This document shows, one piece after another, positions 46,885 through 58,216 of a stretch of DNA of 64,000 nt. A model generated the notes under the pieces. That model did no database searches. It saw only the letters and a list, made by a program, of their open reading frames with translations, and was not told the DNA's origin. The translations under genes were made by a program, and so were the position numbers. The stretch's first letter is position 1. Every line of letters begins with the position of its first letter. The stretch is taken from assembly GCA_025808415.1 (NCBI GenBank), contig CP075525.1, forward strand, positions 3,974,525-4,038,524. Reading direction: 5' to 3'. The DNA comes from Cyclobacteriaceae bacterium. Lineage in GTDB: Bacteria; Bacteroidota; Bacteroidia; Cytophagales; Cyclobacteriaceae.

Positions 46885-47219
46885 ACCAATCGCTTCTTCG
46901 CCTCTTCCTTATTCTCAACAATTACGAGTAACTCACTTAACCCTAAAATTTCAAAAGTGTTGATCACCCGTTCACTCATTCCAAACAACACCATTTTTAT
47001 GTTTTTATCGTTAAATTCTTCGATATAAGACATGAACACGCCCAAACCGGCTGACGAGATATATTCCAGGGCACTGCAGTCAACCAGGATTTTTGTGTAG
47101 CCCTCACCAACACTTTTGGCAATGGTTAAATCCAACTCAATGGATGAACTGGCATCAATTTCACCAATGGGAACGATAATGTCAGCTCCGTCTTCCTGAA
47201 TTCTCTTAATCTGAACCAT
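46881..47219 (-). CDS. STAS-domain anti-sigma-factor antagonist (RsbV/SpoIIAA-like)
   Basis: 112 aa. DCSALEYISSAGLGVF contains the conserved phosphorylatable Ser (Ser56 in the S-x-G-L-G context). Confidence 0.8.
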   Translation of the reverse strand: MVQIKRIQEDGADIIVPIGEIDASSSIELDLTIAKSVGEGYTKILVDCSALEYISSAGLGVFMSYIEEFNDKNIKMVLFGMSERVINTFEILGLSELLVIVENKEEAKKRLV

Positions 47220-47277
47220 GTCTTTTAACGTTTTGTGGTCATTTATGTTGACTTATTTAGTATCCAAAAACAAGCGG

Positions 47278-49338
47278 TTATTTAAATTTTACAATCATTG
47301 TCGTGTAGTCGTCATTTATGTTTTCGGTTCCGGTAAATTCATACAACCGGTTAATCAAATGCTCCTGGATTTCACGCGATGACCTGTCCTTCACTTCCAA
47401 AATGGCCTCACTTAGCCGATCGTAGCCAAATTCTTCACCTTTTGAATTTTTAGCTTCGGTAATCCCATCGGTATACAACACCATAATATCCCCGGCCTGG
47501 TAGGGTATAGAATGGGCCTCGATAAATTTTTCATAACCGTTGTTGCGAACCATGCCCAATGCCACGCCCTTATCTTTTCGGTAAGCGGCCGTACCAGCGG
47601 CAGCTGTATAATATAGCAAGGGGCAATGCCCGGCCCGCGAATAGGAAACCGATTTGGATGCTACATCAATCACAAAAAAAGTTGCCGAAATAAACGACCC
47701 ACGCTCAAGGCAATTGGCCAAAGCCTTGTTCGAGCGAACCATAAATTCGGCTGGCTGAATGCAGTTTTGTGCCAGGCTATGAAATATTCCCTTCATTTGC
47801 GACATGTGGAAAGCCGCGGTTGTTCCCTTACCGGAAACATCGGCTACAATCAAGGCAACCTGCTGATCGCTTATGCGCAGTGTATCGTAGTAATCGCCAC
47901 CCACTTCATCGGCCGATTCAGAAAAAGCGGCCAGATCAAAATCGGTATGTTGGTCCAACACCTGCGGCAGCAAGCTTTTTTGAACCGCTTTGGCAATTTT
48001 CAGTTCCTCTTTATAGCGTTCACTTTGCAGGGCCTCTTCCAATAACCTGAAATTTTCAATTGAAATACCGGCCTGGTTGGCAAACGTGGAAACAATTTTT
48101 GTCATCTCCCGGTTGAACCCATCCGAAAGCTCTTTTAGCAAAGCAAGCGTACCGATGTTTTCGCCTTTCACATAAATGGGAAAGGCCAGTATGGAACGAA
48201 AGCGTGAACCGCGTAAAGATGACAGGTGCTTTGACAGGTTTTTTGTTTTATCCTGGCTTTGTTCAAGTATGCCGGTAACATGCTCTTTTTTCAAGTGCTC
48301 AATAATATCGTGGGCTTCTTTCTCGGTAATGTGATAAGTAAAAAGCCTGTGGTCGTGCTCGTTGTTTTTTATTTCCAGCCAGGCAGCATCGGCAAACACC
48401 GTGCTTACGGATGTCTCAAGCAAAATATTATAAACACTTTCTTCGCTCTGCTCGGTTTGAATGGATTGGCTAATGCGTTGAAAGTTTACGACCTCTTCTA
48501 GCTTTTGCTCAAACACCGATGTGGTGGGCAGGTTGAACAATATGACAAGGAAGGAGAAAACACTGTAAACCGTAACGAAAATAAAAAGTGACTGAAAAAA
48601 TATATGATACCGGTGATCAACAAAACCACTCCCTTCACCAAAAGCACTTATGGCCTGGGCATTGGCAGTATAGAACAGGTACATCACGTAAAAAATGGCA
48701 AGCAGCAAGAGCAATAAGCTTGTCCACTTTTGCCTGAAGTTGAGGTAGGCCACCCACTTCATATTTGCCGACAATACAAGCCCGATAACGATCAGCAACC
48801 CCAGCAACACATTGTTCAGCCAGTCAAATCCGTCAATCTCCAGGCTGTTGTATACCAGGGCAACCAGCAAGCCTCCTTCAAAGAAACTCCATAACCGCAA
48901 CAGCCATTTTGACTTTTGATAAAGGATCAATCGCTTCCAAACCGTGTAGGCTGCCATCAAAAATCCGGCAATCAGCCCAAGGTTGATGATGTAATTTGCC
49001 TCAACATAAATGAACAGGCTGGTAAGTTTGGTTGTGCCCGGCAAGTATTCGATTAGCCGGATGAGTAATGAAATTACCGTTACCACTAAACCGGTGGCAA
49101 ACACACGCCATAACAGATCGACAAAGTTCAACAATTCATCACGATCGATCCGGTACTTATAGAAGTAGTAAAGCGCAACTAAAAACAGGTTAAAGAGCAG
49201 CCCCGGCAACCAGGTTGGGATGTCAGGGTCCATGTTGGTTTTAACACTGAAAACCACCGAAAGGTCGGTAAACAACAAGGCCACCCAGGTAATACCTGCC
49301 ACCATAAAAAGCAACCGGGTTAAGGCTTTAATGCGCAT
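47278..49338 (-). CDS. Membrane-bound PP2C/SpoIIE-family phosphatase with a GAF-like domain (RsbU-like)
   Basis: About 270 aa of polytopic N-terminal region, then a GAF-like middle (ILAFPIYVKGENIGTLALL) and a PP2C core (GGDYYD, ADVSGKG, LYTDGITEA). Confidence 0.85.
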   Translation of the reverse strand: MRIKALTRLLFMVAGITWVALLFTDLSVVFSVKTNMDPDIPTWLPGLLFNLFLVALYYFYKYRIDRDELLNFVDLLWRVFATGLVVTVISLLIRLIEYLPGTTKLTSLFIYVEANYIINLGLIAGFLMAAYTVWKRLILYQKSKWLLRLWSFFEGGLLVALVYNSLEIDGFDWLNNVLLGLLIVIGLVLSANMKWVAYLNFRQKWTSLLLLLLAIFYVMYLFYTANAQAISAFGEGSGFVDHRYHIFFQSLFIFVTVYSVFSFLVILFNLPTTSVFEQKLEEVVNFQRISQSIQTEQSEESVYNILLETSVSTVFADAAWLEIKNNEHDHRLFTYHITEKEAHDIIEHLKKEHVTGILEQSQDKTKNLSKHLSSLRGSRFRSILAFPIYVKGENIGTLALLKELSDGFNREMTKIVSTFANQAGISIENFRLLEEALQSERYKEELKIAKAVQKSLLPQVLDQHTDFDLAAFSESADEVGGDYYDTLRISDQQVALIVADVSGKGTTAAFHMSQMKGIFHSLAQNCIQPAEFMVRSNKALANCLERGSFISATFFVIDVASKSVSYSRAGHCPLLYYTAAAGTAAYRKDKGVALGMVRNNGYEKFIEAHSIPYQAGDIMVLYTDGITEAKNSKGEEFGYDRLSEAILEVKDRSSREIQEHLINRLYEFTGTENINDDYTTMIVKFK

Positions 49339-49385
49339 TGAAATCTACAGCACCAAGGGTGCCTGATAAAGGGTGTTATACAACC

Positions 49386-49418
49386 AATAAAAAGGCCAAT
49401 CAGGTTATGATTGGCCTT
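49386..49418 (-). terminator. Intrinsic terminator after guaB
   Basis: Perfect 10-bp stem AAGGCCAATC / GATTGGCCTT (49392..49418) with a 7-nt loop, followed on the minus strand by TTTTTATT. Confidence 0.65.
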
Positions 49419-49460
49419 GCAATTATAGGGAAAAAAGGGGATTTGAGCCCTTTAGGGTTA

Positions 49461-50975
<1,515 letters not shown>

Positions 50976-51045
50976 CTAATTTGCTGATTAACCAATGGCC
51001 CTTTTACCAATAATGCCGTTAACTTTGAATGCAAATACGCAACGC

Positions 51046-51729
51046 ATGACCACACGGATTTTAACCCTATTGTTTTGTTTTATTGGCTTGCTCGCAGTGG
51101 CTCAAACACAAACCGGAAAAGCCTCTTTTTATGCTGATAAGTTTGAAGGAAAGCCTACCGCCAGTGGTGAAAAATATAAGCACAACAAACTTACGGCCGC
51201 CCACAAAACCCTGCCGTTTGGCACCAAAGTGCGTGTAACCAACCTGGCCAATAACCAATCGGTTGAAGTTATTATCAACGACCGTGGCCCTTATGTAGAC
51301 GGGCGCATTATTGATGTATCGAAATCGGCCGCTGAAAAATTAGGGTTCTTAAACCAAGGATTGGCAGAAGTGAGCCTGGAGGTAATTGATGCCGGTGATG
51401 GTAAAAAGAGCGACCCCATAAGGCCCATCGGGCAGGTATCGGTAGATGAAAAGGAATTCTACCACTTTGAAGTAGGCCGGTTTAAGCCTTCGGGTTTTGG
51501 GGTTCAGATTGGCACCTACCAAGAGTTGGTAAACCTGATGCGGCTGGCGGAAAACCTGAAAAGCTCCTACCAAAAGAAGGTTACCGTGCAGGTGAAAATC
51601 ATAAACGGTGTAAAATACTATGCCCTCATCTTAGGGCAATTCCCAAACCGGCCAAAAGCCGAACAATTCAAGGCCGAACTCCAACAAAAGTTCCCCGATG
51701 CCTTCATTGTCGAATTTAACAGGCTTTAA
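51046..51729 (+). CDS. rlpA: RlpA-family septal lytic transglycosylase with a C-terminal SPOR domain
   Basis: A signal peptide from the ATG at 51046, a DPBB domain (GKASFYADKFEGKPTASGEKY...TAAHKTLPFGTKVRVTN...VIINDRGPY), and a SPOR-like C-terminus. Confidence 0.8.
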   Translation: MTTRILTLLFCFIGLLAVAQTQTGKASFYADKFEGKPTASGEKYKHNKLTAAHKTLPFGTKVRVTNLANNQSVEVIINDRGPYVDGRIIDVSKSAAEKLGFLNQGLAEVSLEVIDAGDGKKSDPIRPIGQVSVDEKEFYHFEVGRFKPSGFGVQIGTYQELVNLMRLAENLKSSYQKKVTVQVKIINGVKYYALILGQFPNRPKAEQFKAELQQKFPDAFIVEFNRL

Positions 51730-51799
51730 AAAGCCCTGTTTCCTGATTTTTTGAAAAATTTTAGTTTGAACCTAAACAAATTAGTGCGACTTTCGTTTT

Positions 51800-51816
51800 T
51801 GATAGCATTACTATCA
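51800..51816. promoter_or_regulatory. Candidate TetR operator
   Basis: Palindrome TGATAG-N5-CTATCA, 12 nt upstream of the GTG start of the TetR gene. Confidence 0.4.
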
Positions 51817-51827
51817 CATATTGAAGC

Positions 51828-52520
51828 GTGGCTACCCTAGCATTTAAACTCCAGGAATCCTTGTTTCTGCGCAACCCCGACAGCACAGAACTTGGTCAAA
51901 AAATCATCAAAAACAGCGTAAGGCTAATTGACAAGCTTGGCTTTGAGGATTTTACTTTTAAGAAACTGGCAGACGAAATTCAATCTACCGAGGCCTCGGT
52001 GTACCGCTACTTTGAGAATAAACACCGACTTTTACTGTACCTGATCGACTGGTATTGGACCTGGCTGGAATACAAAATCGATTATGCCACCAACAATATC
52101 CGCGACCCGAAAGAAAAGCTAACCATTTGCCTGAAGTTGCTTACGGAAGAAAAAAATCAGGACGTTTATTCAGAAGTGATGGATGGCAAAGCCCTTCAAC
52201 GCATTGTTATGTGCGAGTTTGAAAAAACTTACCTCACCAAGCAGGTTGACAATGACAATAAAGATGGCGTGTTTATGCCCTATAAAACGGTGTGTCGGAG
52301 AATTGCCGAAATCATTAAACAGGTTAATCCTTCATTTCCCTTCCCCAGCACATTGGCCAGCACACTTATTCTTAGCATTAACCACCAGCTTTATTATGCC
52401 GAACACTTACCCTCATTAACCGATATTAAGTTCAATCCTCAAAAGCATTACGACAGCCTTTTTGAGTTTATACAGGTATTAGCTTTTAACGCTCTTAACA
52501 CGCAGGACCATGTTGAGTAA
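51828..52520 (+). CDS. TetR/AcrR-family transcriptional regulator
   Basis: N-terminal TetR HTH (GFEDFTFKKLADEIQSTEASVYRYFENKHRLLLYL). It is the first gene of an ABC-HlyD-TolC operon. The apparent start is GTG. Confidence 0.8.
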   Translation: MATLAFKLQESLFLRNPDSTELGQKIIKNSVRLIDKLGFEDFTFKKLADEIQSTEASVYRYFENKHRLLLYLIDWYWTWLEYKIDYATNNIRDPKEKLTICLKLLTEEKNQDVYSEVMDGKALQRIVMCEFEKTYLTKQVDNDNKDGVFMPYKTVCRRIAEIIKQVNPSFPFPSTLASTLILSINHQLYYAEHLPSLTDIKFNPQKHYDSLFEFIQVLAFNALNTQDHVE

Positions 52521-54690
52521 CGACCATATTATCCGTATCCTTCGCGAGTCCTCATTGCTTCTTGAGCATTCGTTTGATGCTGAAACACTCCGTTTTGTTG
52601 AGGTCAACAACCGAACTTACAGCCTCGATGAATTTACCGAGTTTAAGCGCGACCTGCTGGAAGCTTCAACCAAAATCAGGTTGTTGTTATTAGAATATCA
52701 ACTCGAGCCTGAAAACTTCAGGCGCTTTAGTAAAGAAGAGGAAAATTATATTCTGGCGTTTAAACGGGCTGATGATTCGGCCGAACCTGTACTCATCCAC
52801 CCGGCCCGGAAAAAAAGAATCCAAACACGCTTCACCAACAAGGGAAGCATTACCGAACCGTACAACGAAAATCAACCCCTGCTTACCAACAGCGAAGGGG
52901 AGGTTATTTTCTTTCTCCTGCTTGGTGACCAGGGGTTGGTTAGTGACTATGGATTGGATGAAAACGTAACCGGAAAAAAGTTGAGCCCGGTAAGTCGTTT
53001 GTTCCGCTTGTTGCATACCGAGCGTAAGGAAATCAATTACATTCTCTTTTATGCCCTCGTGGCTGGGCTTATAAGCCTGGTGCTTCCACTGGGTATACAA
53101 ACTACGGTTGAACTTATTTCAGGAGGTGTATTTTTCAGCTCGGTTTACGTGCTTATCGCCATCATTATAATTGGTGTTTTATTAAGTGGGGGCATCCAGA
53201 TTTTTCAAATCACACTGGTCGAGCATTTGCAACGAAAAATATTTGCCAAAGCTTCGCTGGAGTTTGCCTTCAGGATTCCACGGTTGCGGGCCGAAGCCAT
53301 TATCGGCAATCATGCCCCTGAATTGGTAAACCGCTTTTTCGACATCATGACCATACAAAAAGGGATGCCGAAATTGCTGATTGATCTTTCGGCAGGTGTA
53401 ATCCAGATTTTGTTTGGCTTGCTCCTGCTCTCCCTTTATCACCCCTTTTTCGTTTTCTTCAGTATTGGTCTGTTAAGCATTCTGGTTATTATCTTTTATA
53501 TAACCGGGGCAAAAGGTTTATACACCTCCATCGAAGAATCAAAATACAAATACAAAGTAGCGCATTGGCTGGAAGAGCTTGCACGGGCCATCAACTCCTT
53601 CAAGCTGGCCGGTAGTACCGATCTGCCCATAAAAAAAACAGATTACAACGTAAACAATTACCTGAAGTTCAGGAGCCAGCATTTCAAGGTGCTGATCACA
53701 CAATTCTCATTTATTCTTTTCTTCAAAGCTGCGGTTACCGGTGGTTTACTGGTAGTGGGTACTTATCTGGTGGTTGATCGGCAGATTACCCTAGGACAAT
53801 TTGTGGCCTCTGAAGTAATTATCATTCTATTGCTTAACTCCGTAGAAAAAATAATCATGTACATGGATGTACTCTACGATTTGCTAACAGCCGTTGATAA
53901 GGTGGCAGCCGTAACAGATGTTCCGCTGGAAAAAATTGGCGGGCTGGATATGACCAAGGATAACCAACCCCAACAAGGTTTTGCTGTACGCATGAAAGAC
54001 CTAAAGTATAAATATCCTGATCAGTCGGGCTATATTTTAAAGGGTTTGGACCTTGAAATTGCACCGGGAGAACACATCTGTATTAGTGGAGCCGGGGGAG
54101 CGGGCAAAACAACATTAACCAATATTATTTCTGGTATATACACAAACTTTGAAGGTGTTGTAACCATCAATGGGTATTCCATCCGCGACCTGGACCTTAC
54201 CCACCTTCGCGATAAGATTGGAAAAAACATTTCGCAGGAAGATATTTTTGACGGCACCATATTGGAAAACATAACCGTGGGCAAGCCCATGGAAAGTGTA
54301 CAGGATGCCATTGAAGCATTGGAACAAGTTGGTTTGGCTGACGAAGTAAACCGGCTGCCACAAGGGTTAAACACACGGCTGAACAGTGGCGGTAAAAACT
54401 GGTCCAACACAAACATTCACAAACTTATATTGGCCAGGTGCCTTGCCAAAAAGCCCAGGCTGCTTATCCTCAACGACTTCTTCAACGGCCTGAAAAGACA
54501 ATCAAAACTGGATTTAGTTCAATGTGTGGTCGATCGAAAAAATCACTGGACGTTGGTGGCCGTATCCAACGACCCGTTGGTGATGGCCGCTTGTGATAAA
54601 GTGGTGGTGTTAAGTGATGGAAAAATTGAGGGCATTGGAAAGTTTGATCAACTTATGAAAGATGGTATCATTAACAAATACGTAGAATAG
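52510..54690 (+). CDS. ABC exporter (fused TMD-NBD, type I secretion/efflux type) with an unassigned ~165-aa N-terminal domain and a degenerate ATPase site
   Basis: A six-helix ABC exporter TMD and Walker A GAGGAGKTT. The Walker B region reads LLILNDFF (N 54472..54474, D 54475..54477), the signature region reads NSGGKNWSNTNIHK, and the H-loop position reads VAVSNDP. Confidence 0.85.
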   Translation: MLSNDHIIRILRESSLLLEHSFDAETLRFVEVNNRTYSLDEFTEFKRDLLEASTKIRLLLLEYQLEPENFRRFSKEEENYILAFKRADDSAEPVLIHPARKKRIQTRFTNKGSITEPYNENQPLLTNSEGEVIFFLLLGDQGLVSDYGLDENVTGKKLSPVSRLFRLLHTERKEINYILFYALVAGLISLVLPLGIQTTVELISGGVFFSSVYVLIAIIIIGVLLSGGIQIFQITLVEHLQRKIFAKASLEFAFRIPRLRAEAIIGNHAPELVNRFFDIMTIQKGMPKLLIDLSAGVIQILFGLLLLSLYHPFFVFFSIGLLSILVIIFYITGAKGLYTSIEESKYKYKVAHWLEELARAINSFKLAGSTDLPIKKTDYNVNNYLKFRSQHFKVLITQFSFILFFKAAVTGGLLVVGTYLVVDRQITLGQFVASEVIIILLLNSVEKIIMYMDVLYDLLTAVDKVAAVTDVPLEKIGGLDMTKDNQPQQGFAVRMKDLKYKYPDQSGYILKGLDLEIAPGEHICISGAGGAGKTTLTNIISGIYTNFEGVVTINGYSIRDLDLTHLRDKIGKNISQEDIFDGTILENITVGKPMESVQDAIEALEQVGLADEVNRLPQGLNTRLNSGGKNWSNTNIHKLILARCLAKKPRLLILNDFFNGLKRQSKLDLVQCVVDRKNHWTLVAVSNDPLVMAACDKVVVLSDGKIEGIGKFDQLMKDGIINKYVE

Positions 54691-54691
54691 T

Positions 54692-55993
54692 ATGCTCAAC
54701 TTTTCACGTCAACGTATCGATAAAGTTATTGCACAGGAAAAACTCTATTCCTTGCGGGCCATTAAATCGCCACAATCAAGCAAAATTTTGGCACGGTGGC
54801 TCATGGTTATTGGAATCATCTTTACCATTATTTTATTTGTTCCCTGGCAGCAAAACGTGCGGGGCACGGGCAACGTAACTGCCTTCAACCCTGAGAACCG
54901 GCCACAAACGGTTGAGGCCATCATTGCCGGAAGAATTCAACATTGGCACGTACGTGAGGGCGAATACGTTGAAAAGGGTGACACCATTATTACGCTTACT
55001 GAAATTCGTGAAAAGTATTTCGACCCGCAGTTGCTCAATCGCTTACAGGAACAGATTGCCGCAAAAGAAAGCAGCCTGTTGGCCAAAGACCAAAAAGCAA
55101 AAGCGCTTTCGCGGCAAATCAGTGCTTTGCGTGATGCCATGAACAATAAGATCGAGCAAGCTACCAACAAACTGGAGGCTGAGCGCATCAAGTTCCTGAA
55201 TGCAGAAAACCAGTTTGACCGAAACAAAAAGCTGTTTGAAGCGGGTAACATTCCCCTTACCAAATTCCAGGAAATTGAGTATAAGTTTCAAGGTGCACAG
55301 GCCGATTACCTGAGCGCAAAAATTGAGCTCGACCGGGTAGAGGCTGAGTACATGGATAAAATCAGCAAGGCCGAATCGGACAGGAGTAATACGCAGGCTG
55401 AAATGTTTGACACCGAAGCCGAGATAGCCAAGCTGAGGAACGAACTTGCGAACATGCGAATCCGAAATGACCAATACCAAATTTTAGCGCCCCAGTCGGG
55501 AGTTGTGGTAAAGGCTTTAAAAGCCGGCATCGGTGAAACCATAAAAGAACGTGATGCGGTTTGTACCATTATGCCGTTGGTTATTTCCGACCTGGCGGTA
55601 GAGATGTATGTTAAGGCCATGGATGTACCCTTATTGAGCAAAGACCGTAAAGTGCGTATTGTTTTTGATGGATGGCCCGCCTTGCAGTTTTCAGGATGGC
55701 CCAGTGTTTCCGTAGGTACCTTTGGTGGCGAAGTAAAAGTGATCGACTATGTGAATTCAAAGCCCGGTGAATTCAGGATACTTGTTGTGCCTGATTCAAA
55801 CGATGAGCCCTGGCCAAAACAACTTCGGGTAGGCTCGGGTATTAAGGGTTGGGTAATGTTGGACGATGTACCGGTATGGTACGAGATCTGGCGGCAACTC
55901 AACGGCTTCCCGCCAAGCTTGTACGAAGCCCCACTCGATGAAGTGTTGGAAAGAAAACAAAAGAAAGATTCGGAAAGCTATGATGAGAAGTAA
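54692..55993 (+). CDS. HlyD-family membrane fusion protein
   Basis: An N-terminal TM anchor, a lipoyl/beta-barrel flank (GTGNVTAFNPENRPQTVEAIIAGRI), and a long coiled-coil centre. It starts 1 nt after the ABC gene. Confidence 0.85.
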   Translation: MLNFSRQRIDKVIAQEKLYSLRAIKSPQSSKILARWLMVIGIIFTIILFVPWQQNVRGTGNVTAFNPENRPQTVEAIIAGRIQHWHVREGEYVEKGDTIITLTEIREKYFDPQLLNRLQEQIAAKESSLLAKDQKAKALSRQISALRDAMNNKIEQATNKLEAERIKFLNAENQFDRNKKLFEAGNIPLTKFQEIEYKFQGAQADYLSAKIELDRVEAEYMDKISKAESDRSNTQAEMFDTEAEIAKLRNELANMRIRNDQYQILAPQSGVVVKALKAGIGETIKERDAVCTIMPLVISDLAVEMYVKAMDVPLLSKDRKVRIVFDGWPALQFSGWPSVSVGTFGGEVKVIDYVNSKPGEFRILVVPDSNDEPWPKQLRVGSGIKGWVMLDDVPVWYEIWRQLNGFPPSLYEAPLDEVLERKQKKDSESYDEK

Positions 55994-57434
55994 AGTACTT
56001 TTCTTTTTTCTTCTGGGTATTCTTAACCATGCAACTGGCCAGCGGATCACGGACGATATTTTTACATTGCCCGATACAGCACGACCGTTTACCATTGAAA
56101 ATTTTTATTTTCTTGTCATCGGCAACCATCCTATAGCAAAACAAACACGTTTGCTGTCTGATGTTGCGCGACAGGAAATCCGGCTGGCACGGGGCAATTT
56201 CGATCCTAAAATTGAAGTACAGTACCTTAAAAAAGAATTTGGCGAAACGGAGTATTATCAGGTGTTCAATGGCGGTGTTTCGGTTCCCACCATTCTCCCC
56301 TTTGATCCTAAAATTGGAGTAGAACGTAATGAAGGGCAATACCTGAATCCCGAGCGCTTCATTGCCAATGATTTTAATTTCCGCCAATTTTATGCGGGCA
56401 TCTCTATGCCATTAGGCCGTGGGCTGATTACCGATGAACGAAGAATAGCCCTGAGGCAAGCCGAGTTATTCCAGGATTTAACAGAAGCCGAACAAGTAAA
56501 ACAAATCAACTACCTGCTTCTTAGCGCAGCAAAAGATTACTGGAGCTGGTACAATGCCTATTATAACTTCCGGTTATTGGCGAAAGGTGTTGAGGTGGCA
56601 AATGAAATTTTCCTTCGCACAAAAATAAATGCTGAATTAGGAGAGGCTGCCGCCATTGATACCGTGCAGGCAAAAATTACGCTTCAGCAGCGGTTAATTG
56701 AACAACAGGAAGCAATTCTTGATTTCCAAAACACTGGCATTATACTAAGCACATATTTATGGGACAGTCTTAGTAACCCGCTTGCCCTTACCCCATCCAT
56801 GGTGCCCGTACTGCAACGCGATTTGCTTGTATTAACCGCGCTTGAATTAAATGCGTTAACCGAACAGGCACGTGCTAACCATCCGGAATTGCGCAAGCTT
56901 TCCATTAAACTGTTGCAACTTGAAAACGAGCGTAGGCTGGCCGCTGAATTTTTAAAGCCACGGTTGGATGTAAATTACAGTTTTCTCAATCAGCCGTTTG
57001 ATCCTGACTGGAATACGAATTTCAGTCTTGGTAACAATTACAAATTTGGCCTTGATTTCAGTTTCCCTGTTTTGCTGCGAAAGGAACGATCGAAACTTGC
57101 CCTGACACGGTTAAAAATTTCAGGGACTCAATATGAGCGAAACATGGCCGAACGGCAAATAGTAAATGATGTAAACGCCACACATAACATGCTTGTCAAT
57201 ACCGCTGCGATCATGAACAACCAAACCGATATGGTAAACAACTACGAGCGGTTGTTACAAGCTGAAATATTGAATTTTGAAAATGGGGAAAGTGATTTGT
57301 TCCGCATAAACATCCAACAAGAAAGGCTGATACAGGCGCAAACCAAATTAGTAAAACTCATGGCCGACTACGAAAAGCAGAAAGCCATGCTGTACTGGGC
57401 GGCCGGGGTTAGAAATCTCGGTGCAGTTAACTAA
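55980..57434 (+). CDS. TolC-family outer membrane efflux protein
   Basis: A signal peptide from the ATG at 55980 (MMRSKVLFFFLLGILNHATGQ) and two OEP repeats with coiled-coil segments. The start overlaps the HlyD stop by 14 nt. The track start at 55866 is an over-extension. Confidence 0.85.
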   Translation: MMRSKVLFFFLLGILNHATGQRITDDIFTLPDTARPFTIENFYFLVIGNHPIAKQTRLLSDVARQEIRLARGNFDPKIEVQYLKKEFGETEYYQVFNGGVSVPTILPFDPKIGVERNEGQYLNPERFIANDFNFRQFYAGISMPLGRGLITDERRIALRQAELFQDLTEAEQVKQINYLLLSAAKDYWSWYNAYYNFRLLAKGVEVANEIFLRTKINAELGEAAAIDTVQAKITLQQRLIEQQEAILDFQNTGIILSTYLWDSLSNPLALTPSMVPVLQRDLLVLTALELNALTEQARANHPELRKLSIKLLQLENERRLAAEFLKPRLDVNYSFLNQPFDPDWNTNFSLGNNYKFGLDFSFPVLLRKERSKLALTRLKISGTQYERNMAERQIVNDVNATHNMLVNTAAIMNNQTDMVNNYERLLQAEILNFENGESDLFRINIQQERLIQAQTKLVKLMADYEKQKAMLYWAAGVRNLGAVN

Positions 57435-58167
57435 GTATGATTTGTTCCAGCAAATCGCCCAGCGCATAGGCGGCAACCGCGGCCACAACACCCAAACCAA
57501 CCGTTTCAACAATGCTACGCACATAGCCCGACTGGGTTACGAAATTCTTTGCAGCCCCGATTAAGATAAAGGTGATGAAGGTGAACAATGAAGAAATGAA
57601 AAATGGACTTGCTTCCACTTTGTTCATCAACGTGGCCACGTAAGAAAACAACGGTACTGCCCCAGCCACAACAAAGGCCAAAAACGTAAACAATCCTGAT
57701 TTAAAGGGAGACTTGGTTTCTTTCATCAGCCCCAGTTCATCGTGCATCATGGTTTGCAGCCACACTTCGCGGTTAGAAGTTATGCGGTTCACCACCATTT
57801 CCAATTCCGCCCCTTCAAATCCTTTTTCACGATAAATATCTTCAATCTCCTTGCGCTCAACATCGGGCACATTATCAATTTCCCATTCTTCTATTTTCAA
57901 ATGCTTGTTGTAGTTGTCAATTTCTGAACGCTTGGAGAGAAATGCACCAATGGACATGGACAGCCCATCGGCTACCAGGTTGGCTACACCCAGTATCAGA
58001 ACGACCTCAATGCTTAAACCGGCACCGGCCGATCCGGCCACCACAGCAAAAGTTGTAACGATGCCATCAATTGAACCATAAACCATTTCAGGCAAATACT
58101 TTTCAACCTTTTTAAAAATCGTAGAAGTGCCGTGTAAACGGTCTTCGTGTTGTTGGTGAACTGACAT
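57427..58167 (-). CDS. VIT1/CCC1-family iron/manganese transporter
   Basis: VYGSIDGIVTTFAVVAGSAGA N-terminal motif, a central acidic cytoplasmic region (EEWEIDNVPDVERKEIEDIY), and five TM helices. Confidence 0.85.
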   Translation of the reverse strand: MSVHQQHEDRLHGTSTIFKKVEKYLPEMVYGSIDGIVTTFAVVAGSAGAGLSIEVVLILGVANLVADGLSMSIGAFLSKRSEIDNYNKHLKIEEWEIDNVPDVERKEIEDIYREKGFEGAELEMVVNRITSNREVWLQTMMHDELGLMKETKSPFKSGLFTFLAFVVAGAVPLFSYVATLMNKVEASPFFISSLFTFITFILIGAAKNFVTQSGYVRSIVETVGLGVVAAVAAYALGDLLEQIILS

Positions 58168-58216
58168 ACCTAAAAATTGAGGGTGTTATGAAGTAGTAAG
58201 GTACGGAATTGCCGAC

